In this document: piece after piece, positions 1-8,484 of the stretch
How the letters are laid out: each line of letters starts with the position of its first letter
How positions within the stretch are numbered: position 1 is the first letter of the stretch
Virus record (IMG/VR): IMGVR_UViG_3300023179_000042
Span: 32,001-96,000 of that record
Length of the DNA: 64,000 nt
Direction: 5' to 3' (one strand)
Origin: a virus
Made by a program: the position numbers and the translations under genes
Notes under the pieces: model-generated
What the model saw: only the letters and a program-made list of their open reading frames with translations
Database searches by the model: none
What the model was told of the DNA's origin: nothing

Positions 1-908
1 AGGTCACCAACTATTTCAGTAGTAGGATAACCATCTGAGCCGCCTGCTCCTGGGGCAATTCTAATACCGCTATCATTGTTTGTTAATAACTTTGTATAAA
101 CATTATCTAGATAGGCATTTAAAAAGCTAGTCTGAGTATCACCAATAGCATAAGTACTACCAGTTGAGGCATAGATATTTGTAGCAGTGGTATCACCGCC
201 AATATTGACATTTCCTACAATGCCTGCGCCGCCGTCGACAATTAAAGCACCTGTGTCGGTACTTACACTTTGAGTTGTTGCAGCAATAACAACTTTATCA
301 ACAGTTAAAATACCTCGAGCAGGATTATATATCAATCCAGAAAAAGTGTTTGTAGCATGAACTGTACCAGTATTATCACTATATAGGTAGCTACCTACAT
401 AGGTAGTGGTACTTGTATTATAAACTTGTACTCTGTTAGTAAAAACTGGATAAAAAACAGCATCGGTATTATTTGGTTGTACAATGGCCTGTACCGAAGT
501 AGTAGCTTCGGCAACACGGCCATAAATGAATCCACCGACATTTAGATCTTTTTCAATACCAACACCGCCAGGAACATAGACAGCACCTATTACACGATTA
601 TCAAATTGGTCGTAAATGCCTTCGGGCGGAGGAAATACTCCTTGCGTGCCAGTGCTAACTGTTGGATTGCCGACATTAGGAGCATTTAATTTAATACTTA
701 TAGAAGAAGTATTGTAGTAATTTTTATTGGCCTCAAGACTACCACTTACTGTTTCGTTTCCAAAAACTCGAAGATTCCGTGAGACATCAAGAGCACCAAT
801 GACATCAACATAAGGAGCATTGATAGCTATTCCACCATTGGGGCTAGCTATTTGTACCTTGCCACTACCTGTGTTGGTTGTTCTTGATCCTTTTACTCTT
901 ATTGCCAT
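1..908 (-). CDS. Virion structural/fibre-like protein, truncated by the window edge (not in the ORF track)
   Basis: ATG at 908 (MAIRVKGSRTTNTGSGKVQI...) and an open frame to position 1. AAGGA SD and TAAATA at 927-932. GAVYVPGGVGIEKDLNVGG and GALIVDGGAGIVGNVNIGG repeats are typical of phage fibre beta-repeats. Confidence 0.75.
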   Translation of the reverse strand, partial: MAIRVKGSRTTNTGSGKVQIASPNGGIAINAPYVDVIGALDVSRNLRVFGNETVSGSLEANKNYYNTSSISIKLNAPNVGNPTVSTGTQGVFPPPEGIYDQFDNRVIGAVYVPGGVGIEKDLNVGGFIYGRVAEATTSVQAIVQPNNTDAVFYPVFTNRVQVYNTSTTTYVGSYLYSDNTGTVHATNTFSGLIYNPARGILTVDKVVIAATTQSVSTDTGALIVDGGAGIVGNVNIGGDTTATNIYASTGSTYAIGDTQTSFLNAYLDNVYTKLLTNNDSGIRIAPGAGGSDGYPTTEIVGD

Positions 909-926
909 TTTTCCAATCCTTTAGAG

Positions 927-932
927 TATTTA
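927..932 (-). promoter_or_regulatory. Late promoter core TAAATA (T4 gp55-type)
   Basis: TAAATA upstream of the ATG at 908; the same hexamer precedes many structural genes in the window. Confidence 0.6.
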
Positions 933-938
933 TTGGTT

Positions 939-1445
939 TTAGTGGATTCGAACTTCGATGCCTCTGATGAACATTCCATCTCTATGAGGAAAGTGAGGAT
1001 GCGATTGAAATCTCATTAATAATCCAAAGCTACTGTTAATATCTTGCTGACTAATTGTTTCTAAACCCCAAAGATCCGTTGAACTGCCGTAAGTTTTGAT
1101 AGGATCTAGATTTAAGGTGGCTTTGTTTTCGCTAACAACTTGATCATTGATAACAAGTTGAACTGTTTCATCTGTGACACGCCCTCGCCTGTCTGTCGTT
1201 AAAACAACTTCAATTCCATTTATAGTATCAGGAATAGAAGAAAAATCAAATCCTTGAACTTTAAGATAATATGTTTTATTTCTTAGATCTGTTTTTGGAC
1301 TTCGTGCTAGGTGTGACAGTACTCCTTGTGTACCTATTTTTACTTGACTGTTAAATTTTGTTTCATCCCACCGAATATGTACGCTTTCACCGCCTTCTTC
1401 AGCATATTGATAAAATGTGGTTGGAAATTTTGAAACCATAGTCAT
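939..1445 (-). CDS. Hypothetical late (probably virion) protein, 168 aa
   Basis: Clean ORF downstream of the head genes with TAAATA 5 nt upstream of the ATG. No family recognised. Confidence 0.6.
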   Translation of the reverse strand: MTMVSKFPTTFYQYAEEGGESVHIRWDETKFNSQVKIGTQGVLSHLARSPKTDLRNKTYYLKVQGFDFSSIPDTINGIEVVLTTDRRGRVTDETVQLVINDQVVSENKATLNLDPIKTYGSSTDLWGLETISQQDINSSFGLLMRFQSHPHFPHRDGMFIRGIEVRIH

Positions 1446-1450
1446 ACCAA

Positions 1451-1456
1451 TATTTA
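1451..1456 (-). promoter_or_regulatory. Late promoter TAAATA, probably giving a leaderless mRNA
   Basis: TAAATA-TTGGT-ATG with no SD. Confidence 0.55.
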
Positions 1457-1482
1457 CCTAAACTATAAAGTGCGTATTCATT

Positions 1483-1510
1483 GAAAAAGGCCCCGAAGAG
1501 CCTTTTTTTC
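1483..1510 (-). terminator. Rho-independent terminator with a UUCG loop (possibly bidirectional)
   Basis: Minus strand AAAAAAGGCTC-TTCG-GGGCCTTTTTC just after the stop of 1525..2214. Confidence 0.85.
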
Positions 1511-1524
1511 ATTACTAATATAAA

Positions 1525-2214
1525 TTAAGTATTAGCCAAGGTAACAACAGTACCGGTAGCCGATGCTAAAGTCCAGCCTGTTTGTACGCCATCGCTAACT
1601 AAGTAAGCAGTAGACATTGAACGTCGTTTAACTCTTACTTTATGAGCTGTTAGTTTAGTCACCCAGTATGTGCTTCCGTTATAATCCGTAGCAATGATAT
1701 TCATTGTTCCAGGAATCAATGTATTGGTAGCAGTTAATTTACACTGGCCAGTTCCGTCGGCATTCTGAACTAGGTATCGACGACTTGATTCTTGTTTAAT
1801 AATATCGCCACCAGTGCGACTTTGAGAAGCACTTGGTAGATATGAACTCAACGACAATGCATTTTGTCTATTAGACGTTAAAGTGATTGTAAATGTAGCA
1901 GTTGTACCTGTTGTGCCACCTGTAACTGTTGCGGTAGGTGCTGATGTGTAACCAGATCCAGCTGTTAACAAAGTAACAGTTGCTACCTGACCAAATGCGT
2001 TGGTTGTTACTCGACCAGTAGGGGCAGCTCCACCAGTAATATTAGGTGCTGTAAAAGTTAGACCAATAGTTGTAGAAGTAGTATATAAAGTACCGGTGTT
2101 ATTTTTAGCAATTGTGGCTACACCTTCGCCGCCAACACCGCTACCTTGACTTACACTACCGTAGTCAGGTAAATTTAAGTTACCAAAAAATTTCTTTTTA
2201 ATCGGACGTCCCAT
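1525..2214 (-). CDS. Virion structural protein (possible head decoration/accessory), 229 aa
   Basis: Directly downstream of the MCP with a strong AAGGAG SD. Thr/Gly-rich, with the VTLLTAGSGYTSAPTATVTGG motif seen in myophage structural proteins. Confidence 0.65.
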   Translation of the reverse strand: MGRPIKKKFFGNLNLPDYGSVSQGSGVGGEGVATIAKNNTGTLYTTSTTIGLTFTAPNITGGAAPTGRVTTNAFGQVATVTLLTAGSGYTSAPTATVTGGTTGTTATFTITLTSNRQNALSLSSYLPSASQSRTGGDIIKQESSRRYLVQNADGTGQCKLTATNTLIPGTMNIIATDYNGSTYWVTKLTAHKVRVKRRSMSTAYLVSDGVQTGWTLASATGTVVTLANT

Positions 2215-2237
2215 TTTGTTTCTCCTTTAAAATAAAC

Positions 2238-2274
2238 TAGCAGATTCTATCTGCTACGCGGCGGGGACCGCATA
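2238..2274 (-). promoter_or_regulatory. Structured 5' leader (two adjoining hairpins) of the 229-aa gene
   Basis: Minus strand TATGCGG-tccccg-CCGCGTA overlapping TAGCAGAT-aga-ATCTGCTA, between TAAATA (2293-2298) and the SD. Confidence 0.45.
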
Positions 2275-2298
2275 ATATAAACATAGATACTTTATTTA

Positions 2299-2323
2299 AC
2301 AAAAAACCCGCCGAAGCGGGTTT
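2299..2323 (-). terminator. Terminator after the major capsid gene
   Basis: Minus strand AAACCCGC-TTCG-GCGGGTTTTTTGT, a C(UUCG)G hairpin followed by a U-tract. Confidence 0.9.
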
Positions 2324-2354
2324 GATGTTTGCTTTTTTAGGCAAGTTCCTCTGA

Positions 2355-3536
2355 TTAAGAGAAGCTTACGTTTGCGCTAGTAATAGCAACCTTGCCTAGG
2401 TAGTCAGCAGCGTTACCTAGAGAACTAGCTGTGTTGCTTAGTTCAATGTATCCGTAACGTGTTAAGAAACCAACTACTGGTTCAAAGGTTGTTGGGTCTA
2501 GAACAACACCAGAGCTCATTAGAGGAATATATGGGCAATAGAACGCAGCTGCATCAGCTTCGCTAGAACCCTTATAACCAATAAGAACTTGGCTGCTATC
2601 AAAGCCAGAATCGGCTAGATAGCTGTCAACATAGATTCTCATGGCGCCATTTAGTGTACCGACAAACTTGGTATTTGTTGGGGCTTCAAATGTACCTTCT
2701 GTTGTACGAGCAAATGCGCTTGTAGTAGCAGACTGAAGAATTGTTAGAGCTTGGTTAGAAACAACAGCCCAGTTACCAGCACCACGACGTGTACGCTGAG
2801 CAATCAAGTTGCTTACGCGGTTCATCTGGATGGCTAGAGCAGCGTGCTCATCACCAACGAATGTGGCTGTACCAGAAACTAGAGACTGGTCATATGTCTG
2901 CTCAACGCTAGCTAGACCACGGAGGCTGATAAGGATTTCTTGGTCGATTTCAGCTGTGATTTCTTGTGCTAGAGCAGCCATAATTTCTGCTTCAATATCA
3001 ATACCTTGTTGAGCTTGAGCATCTTGAGCAGCTTCGAATGTCCAGCGAGCAGATAACTTACGGCTCTTGGCTTCAACAGTCTGTTTCAAGATCTGGATGC
3101 TCATACGCTTTCCAGGCTGACCTTCCATAGCGGCTGTTGTGTTAGCCTTTGGACTTGTTGTGCTGTCATTGTTACCAGAATAACCAGCAGCAACCTTGAA
3201 TGGGCTTAGTGCTTCTTCACCAGCAATTACATTGTCTCCGCTATCAGCATAGCGAACACGCAAAGTGTGGATTTGAGCAACTGGGCCTGTCATTGGTTGA
3301 ACACCAACGATTTCGTTAGCAATAACGGTAGGCATTACACGGCGAATTACTGGAAGAATTACGCGGTTTAATGTTGCTACGTTACCGGCACTTGTAGCTC
3401 CTGCTGTGGCGCTTTCAACCAAGTGACGACGAGTGTTTTCTAGGCAGATGCCCATGGACGCACGACGGTTACCTTGTAGGCCTTCAAGCAGAGCATCTTT
3501 GGTCTCTGACCATCTTTCATTTAAAAGTTGTGACAT
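2355..3536 (-). CDS. gp23: Major capsid protein (T4 gp23 family)
   Basis: Signature motifs GVQPMTGP, TVEAKSRKLSARWTFEAAQD, EITAEIDQEI, FYCPYIPL and TFEPVVGFLTRYG; position after the scaffold gene. Confidence 0.97.
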   Translation of the reverse strand: MSQLLNERWSETKDALLEGLQGNRRASMGICLENTRRHLVESATAGATSAGNVATLNRVILPVIRRVMPTVIANEIVGVQPMTGPVAQIHTLRVRYADSGDNVIAGEEALSPFKVAAGYSGNNDSTTSPKANTTAAMEGQPGKRMSIQILKQTVEAKSRKLSARWTFEAAQDAQAQQGIDIEAEIMAALAQEITAEIDQEILISLRGLASVEQTYDQSLVSGTATFVGDEHAALAIQMNRVSNLIAQRTRRGAGNWAVVSNQALTILQSATTSAFARTTEGTFEAPTNTKFVGTLNGAMRIYVDSYLADSGFDSSQVLIGYKGSSEADAAAFYCPYIPLMSSGVVLDPTTFEPVVGFLTRYGYIELSNTASSLGNAADYLGKVAITSANVSFS

Positions 3537-3557
3537 TTTAGTTTGTCTCCTTGAATA

Positions 3558-4646
3558 TTATTTTGTTAATCCCGCCAACTTACGGATATCAACAATATTG
3601 TCTAAGCCTACCTCTGGCTTTGCTTCACGATCGCCAGTAACTACGGCACCTTCGGTTAACACGGTTTTCTTGCTAACTTTCTTGTCACCTTCCATTACTG
3701 CGGGTAGGTATTTCTCAAAAGATTCATTTAGTTTCTGTGTTGGAACGGATTCCAAAAGATCCTTCATGATGTCTCTCTTGTCAGCACTCAATGGTGCTAA
3801 CATTTCTGCCATTACAGACTTACGCTCCATTAGGTCTTTGGTAACGCGAATTTCGCGCTGTGCAGACTCTACCAATGTTGCTTTTTCAGCAATAGCTTGT
3901 TTTGCTTCAGATAATTCTTGCTCTTTTTTAGAAATAATCTTTAACAATTTACTTGTTTCGGATTTTTCATTTAGGAATGAAGCGCTGAACTCTTGGGCAA
4001 ATGCTTCATAAATGCGACGACCAAAATCATTGTTACGGCTGTTTTCAATGTCTTCTTTTAACTGACGAATTTCAGTTGTAAGTTTCTTTGTAACAGCAGT
4101 TTCAACAACCTTAGCACTACGCTTAATAAATGACTGTTTAATATCTTCAAATTTGCTCTTGGCTTCACGAACTAGCTTAACTTTAGTTGCAGCTAGGTCC
4201 TTTTTGTCTTGGGCAAATTCGTTGATCTCTTTGGCTAGAGCATGAACTACAAACTGCTCTAGCTTGTTGAAATTCTCACTGACTTTCTTACGATCGTTTT
4301 GGAATTCAACAAGCTCTTTTCCTAACTGCTTGATAACAAATCCTTCTAGCTTTTTACCGTCTTGCGCCATACGGGCTGCGTATTGTGCTTGGGCTTCGAC
4401 TAGAGCTTTTTTGTCTTCGTGCAATTCGGACATCTCTACGGCCAATCTGTCGCTTAACATCTTGTCGATTGCCTCAACCATAACAGTTTTGTCATGATTG
4501 TATTTTTGGGCAAATTCTTCACGAAGTTCTGCGGCTACTTGGTCGCGATTCTCTTGTAGTTTAGCAGCCAAGGCAGATTCTAATTCAGAACTTAGATCTT
4601 CTGAAATAGCACCGCTTTCTACTAATTTTTTGAATGCGTCCAACAT
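3558..4646 (-). CDS. gp22: Prohead core scaffold protein (gp22-like)
   Basis: Long Glu/Lys-rich coiled coil between the protease and MCP; GRRIYEAFAQEF motif; C-terminal IRKLAGL. Confidence 0.85.
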   Translation of the reverse strand: MLDAFKKLVESGAISEDLSSELESALAAKLQENRDQVAAELREEFAQKYNHDKTVMVEAIDKMLSDRLAVEMSELHEDKKALVEAQAQYAARMAQDGKKLEGFVIKQLGKELVEFQNDRKKVSENFNKLEQFVVHALAKEINEFAQDKKDLAATKVKLVREAKSKFEDIKQSFIKRSAKVVETAVTKKLTTEIRQLKEDIENSRNNDFGRRIYEAFAQEFSASFLNEKSETSKLLKIISKKEQELSEAKQAIAEKATLVESAQREIRVTKDLMERKSVMAEMLAPLSADKRDIMKDLLESVPTQKLNESFEKYLPAVMEGDKKVSKKTVLTEGAVVTGDREAKPEVGLDNIVDIRKLAGLTK

Positions 4647-4662
4647 CTATTTCTCCTCGGGC

Positions 4663-5292
4663 TTATTTTAGACCTTTAATAATTGAAAGAAGTGATTCCT
4701 TCAGATATTTTTGGGCCTTTGGATCTTCTTTTACTTCTTGCGCTACCTGTAATGCCTTATACCCTCTACGAGTATTCATAAGATGCTCGTAAACAGGTGT
4801 AGGATAAGCTCCCGGTGCGCTAGGCTGGGCAACTACATCTACCGTAATAATTTCAAAATCGGATACATGGCCGTTCATGTCGTTAACGTTTCCGCTACCA
4901 CGACTACTAACACCAAGTTTTACACCGCTTTCGAGCATAGTACGAACCAAATTGCCCATTGGTGTAGGAAGAATTTTCATCTTCCCATAACCGTTTGGAC
5001 CGTCCATCCACATTTGAGTAATCATATGGGATACACGATCCAAATTAACTTTTAAATCTTCTGGATGATCAACTTCACCTAACACGCTGTAACCATTTTG
5101 GATTTGATCGTTTAGTGTTTTCACAGCACGCTCAATTTCGTCTACAGGATAGATGCGTTGATTTGCGTTGCGAACACCACCTTGAATTGCAATTCCTTTA
5201 AGATAAAGATTTTTTCCATCTTTATCATCAGACTCAAGCATAACTTGAGCCTGATCAAAACTTAGTGTTTCGCGTAGGTAAGAATATTTCAT
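4663..5292 (-). CDS. gp21: Prohead protease (T4 gp21 family)
   Basis: NANQRIYP, LGEVDHP, LGVSSRGSG and DVVAQPSAPGAYP motifs. Confidence 0.95.
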   Translation of the reverse strand: MKYSYLRETLSFDQAQVMLESDDKDGKNLYLKGIAIQGGVRNANQRIYPVDEIERAVKTLNDQIQNGYSVLGEVDHPEDLKVNLDRVSHMITQMWMDGPNGYGKMKILPTPMGNLVRTMLESGVKLGVSSRGSGNVNDMNGHVSDFEIITVDVVAQPSAPGAYPTPVYEHLMNTRRGYKALQVAQEVKEDPKAQKYLKESLLSIIKGLK

Positions 5293-5305
5293 CCAGATTC
5301 TCTAA

Positions 5306-6322
5306 TTACAATTTCTTGATTAGAGGGCCATCGTTACGAACGCTGGTTTGACCGGCCTTATCACCTGTACCAGAACCTACTGGACCTGGACCAGAACCTT
5401 TCTTCTCAGCACCGTGACCACCGGCTACTTTGCTTAGTGTCTTAACACCACTCTTAACGCCGTCTACATTGTGTAGACCTTTGGCAAACTTCTCACCAGA
5501 CTCAGGATTTACGCCTTTGCTTGGCTTGTTTGGGCTTGTGCCTGTGTTGCTGCCGCCTTCACCAGTAGCACCTTGTACTAGGTTCTTAGCGTTAGCGCCG
5601 CTCTGTGGCTTGCCACCAGGTTCTTTGTTAACAACACTCTTGCCTTCTGTAGAACCAGGCATTTTGTCACCTGTGTTAGCGCCTACAATTTGACCTTGTG
5701 TTTTTTGGCTGTTCTTTTCCCAGTCGTTACCAACTGTTTCACGGTATTCACGAGTGATACGCTTTTTGCTTTCCATTGCTGGTTGGCCCATCATTTCCAT
5801 CTCGTCTTCGCCGTCTTCTTCACCTTCTTCATCGCCAAACTCGGCGTAACCGGCTTCGGAACCTTGAGCTTTTTCTAGTTCAGCAAAAGCAGCTTCTAAT
5901 TCTTGAATAGCATTCTTGATATCAAAAATTGCCTGTTCTTCACCACCTTCTGCGTCGTCAGTAGCACCGATGTCTGCACCGAAATCGTCTGTAGCGTCAC
6001 CACCCATATCGTCTTCTTCGTCGTCACCGTCCATCATGTATGAATCTTCTAGATCCACACTTTCGTCGGCTTCTTCATCAGAAGACTCATCTAATTCTTC
6101 ATCGTCAGCAGACTCTTCCATTTCTTCATCGTCAGCAGACTCTTCCATTTCTTCATCGTCAGCAGACTCTTCCATTTCTTCATCGTCAGCTGCTTCTTCA
6201 GCAATTAGGGTTTCATAAATTTCGCGAGACTTTTCTACAACGATCTCATGGAAAAGCTCGTTGGCCTTTTCATGCTCTTCGTTCACAAGATAGTCTAGCA
6301 ATTGTTCAAATTTTGTTGACAT
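5306..6322 (-). CDS. Highly acidic prohead core/internal protein (positional analogue of T4 gp67/gp68)
   Basis: True start probably ATG 6322 (MSTKFEQ, AAGGAG SD) rather than 6352. D/E-rich N-half and G/K-rich C-half; lies between portal and protease. Confidence 0.7.
   Translation of the reverse strand: MSTKFEQLLDYLVNEEHEKANELFHEIVVEKSREIYETLIAEEAADDEEMEESADDEEMEESADDEEMEESADDEELDESSDEEADESVDLEDSYMMDGDDEEDDMGGDATDDFGADIGATDDAEGGEEQAIFDIKNAIQELEAAFAELEKAQGSEAGYAEFGDEEGEEDGEDEMEMMGQPAMESKKRITREYRETVGNDWEKNSQKTQGQIVGANTGDKMPGSTEGKSVVNKEPGGKPQSGANAKNLVQGATGEGGSNTGTSPNKPSKGVNPESGEKFAKGLHNVDGVKSGVKTLSKVAGGHGAEKKGSGPGPVGSGTGDKAGQTSVRNDGPLIKKL
6095..6190. repeat. 27-bp tandem repeat (3.5 copies) encoding ADDEEMEES
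   Basis: ttcttcatcgtcagcagactcttccat repeated exactly at 6095, 6122 and 6149, partial at 6176. Confidence 0.95.
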
Positions 6323-6366
6323 TTGCGTAATTCTCCTTATGGTTACAGGCAAAGTTTTGTGTTATG

Positions 6367-6477
6367 TATTTACAGAACTGGGAGAATTCATGCGCGAAAT
6401 AGGCGAAAAACAGTCAGTTTTCGCCTAAAAGATTTAGGATTGCCCTAAATTTTTTAACTTTTTGTCTAAAATATTTA
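6367..6477 (-). promoter_or_regulatory. Two TAAATA late promoters (6367-6372, 6472-6477) flanking a 10-bp inverted repeat (6400-6427)
   Basis: TAGGCGAAAA-acagtcag-TTTTCGCCTA in the intergenic region upstream of the core/protease/scaffold/MCP genes. Confidence 0.55.
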
Positions 6478-6508
6478 AGTTTTAGATCTAGAAAGTTATA
6501 TTATCAGT

Positions 6509-6754
6509 TTAAGCAGGAGCCGCTTCAGCAGGCGGAGCGGCATACATCTTTCGAATTAATGCTAATTCTGCCTTGCGTTCTTTATCATGTGATTCGCCGG
6601 CCCTACGAATTTCATTTATCATTGCCAAGGTAACACGAGTTTTTCTTACATCTTTACGACGCAAGATACTAGTGTCATTTTGGCTCAAATAAGAATCATC
6701 TTCTTGTGGGCCAAGACTTTTACTGTCAAAATAAATGAATTCTCTTAATAGCAT
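6509..6754 (-). CDS. Small head-module protein, 81 aa
   Basis: ORF between the portal and the acidic core gene; starts MLLREF; TAAATA 5 nt upstream of the ATG. Confidence 0.7.
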   Translation of the reverse strand: MLLREFIYFDSKSLGPQEDDSYLSQNDTSILRRKDVRKTRVTLAMINEIRRAGESHDKERKAELALIRKMYAAPPAEAAPA

Positions 6755-6762
6755 ATCTATAT

Positions 6763-8481
6763 TTATGCTGCCGGAGCTTCAGTTGGGGTTGGACTAGCAC
6801 CACCCGGGGAAGCAGGCGCAACTTCTTCGCCAGCGGCGCCGGGCTCTGGAGGTGCTGTTAAATTATTAATATCACTGCCCATTCCGTTAGCAGTTACACC
6901 AACACCTCTTAGTTCAGCACTTGGATTTAAATTGCTGTCTAAATCCGTATTTTCTTCGCGCCATAACTTTTCGTTTTCAGCAACTTCTTCAGCAGTTAGA
7001 CCTAAGAAGCGTTTTAAAGCAAAACGCTTGCTAACCATTGGAATTGCTGCCATGGTGTTAAATGTATTAACACGAGCTGTATCCATTTCTGCTTGACGGT
7101 AACTGGCAAAATTTTGAGGTGGATTGAATTTTAAATCAAACAAATTGTCATCAATGTTGATACCTTTGTTTCTCATGTAGCGTTTAAATTCATCATCAAA
7201 CTGCTCATTAATTAGACTTTGTAAACGCTCACAGTACTTGTTAAATCGTAATTCCTGTATGTAGGCTGTTCCAACTCGACCATCATTAAAGTTGCTTCCT
7301 CCGTCGTCAGATCCAGTAGGGAGATAAGAGCTAGGAATGCGTAAAGCCCTAAACAGCTTATTAGTAAAATACTTAAGATCATCAATTTCTCCTAAGTTCT
7401 GACCGCCTTGTAAAATTTCAACTTTACTGCCTCGGCCTTCAGCTGTCTGTGGAAAGAAATAATCTTCGTTGATACTTAACGGATTATAACTTGAATCAAT
7501 AACTGTTTGACTGCCACCGGTGGTGCTAGGAATGCGGCGCTGATTTACTTCGTTTTTAACACGCTCAACAAAACTCATAGCTAAGTGACTGGGCATATTA
7601 CCTACATCAATGTAAAATACACGACGCTCTGGTGCCCGTTGTACACGATAGATAATAATGCTATCTTCAAGTAATTCTTTTTGTTTGAATACCTTAAAAA
7701 TACTTTCCATTAGGCTATTACCAAATGGATAGTTGTTGTCAATACCTTCACTCATGCTAATATGAATAACATGACGAGCATCAATCACATATTGATTTTG
7801 TTGTTGACTAAATCTGCTGCCAGTTGTACTTGTAGGAAATGCGCCAACCATACCGCGGCTTCCGCCGGCGCCGCCTTGTCCGGTTCCATAAGCGCCGCCA
7901 AATGTGCTACCGCCGCCTTGTAGGTTACTAGGTTGAATAGCAGTTGTGTTTAGTGCTTCTAAATTAGGATTAAAATCACGAATAAAATATTGTTCAGGAG
8001 CCTTGCCATCACTTTCGTTAACAATAATTTTGTCCACTTTAGCAGGATCAATGTACATCCATTTTTGTGTTTCTGGGTCGCGTACAAAAAATACATCGCC
8101 ATATTTTAGTGCGTTTCTAACAATTTTAAAAATACGCTTTTCAAATTTGTTGATCTTACACCATTGTTGTAGGTATTTTTTAATAATACTGATTTCACTT
8201 CCAGTGGCCTGATCCTTAAAGAAAATCTGAAAAGGTGTTCTGTTTTCTTCGTTAATTTGTGTACAAAATTCAGCAAGAATGTCCAAAGCAGCATTAACTT
8301 CGCTGTCCGTGTCCATTGTGTCATACTGGCCATAACGCTCTAGTCTATTAGGATGCCCGGCATAGACATCAGGAAGATAGCTTGAATAATTTGTGCGTAC
8401 AGGATTTGCACGGCCGCTACCACTGATTAGGCTGGTAGAACCGCTTGTGTTAACAGGTGTAAAATATTTTTTCCAGCTCAT
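6763..8481 (-). CDS. gp20: Portal vertex protein (T4 gp20 family)
   Basis: LLEDSIIIYRVQRAPERRVFYIDVGNMP, EDYFFP, GGQNLGEIDDLKYF and ALRIPSSYL motifs. Confidence 0.97.
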   Translation of the reverse strand: MSWKKYFTPVNTSGSTSLISGSGRANPVRTNYSSYLPDVYAGHPNRLERYGQYDTMDTDSEVNAALDILAEFCTQINEENRTPFQIFFKDQATGSEISIIKKYLQQWCKINKFEKRIFKIVRNALKYGDVFFVRDPETQKWMYIDPAKVDKIIVNESDGKAPEQYFIRDFNPNLEALNTTAIQPSNLQGGGSTFGGAYGTGQGGAGGSRGMVGAFPTSTTGSRFSQQQNQYVIDARHVIHISMSEGIDNNYPFGNSLMESIFKVFKQKELLEDSIIIYRVQRAPERRVFYIDVGNMPSHLAMSFVERVKNEVNQRRIPSTTGGSQTVIDSSYNPLSINEDYFFPQTAEGRGSKVEILQGGQNLGEIDDLKYFTNKLFRALRIPSSYLPTGSDDGGSNFNDGRVGTAYIQELRFNKYCERLQSLINEQFDDEFKRYMRNKGINIDDNLFDLKFNPPQNFASYRQAEMDTARVNTFNTMAAIPMVSKRFALKRFLGLTAEEVAENEKLWREENTDLDSNLNPSAELRGVGVTANGMGSDINNLTAPPEPGAAGEEVAPASPGGASPTPTEAPAA

Positions 8482-8484
8482 ATA

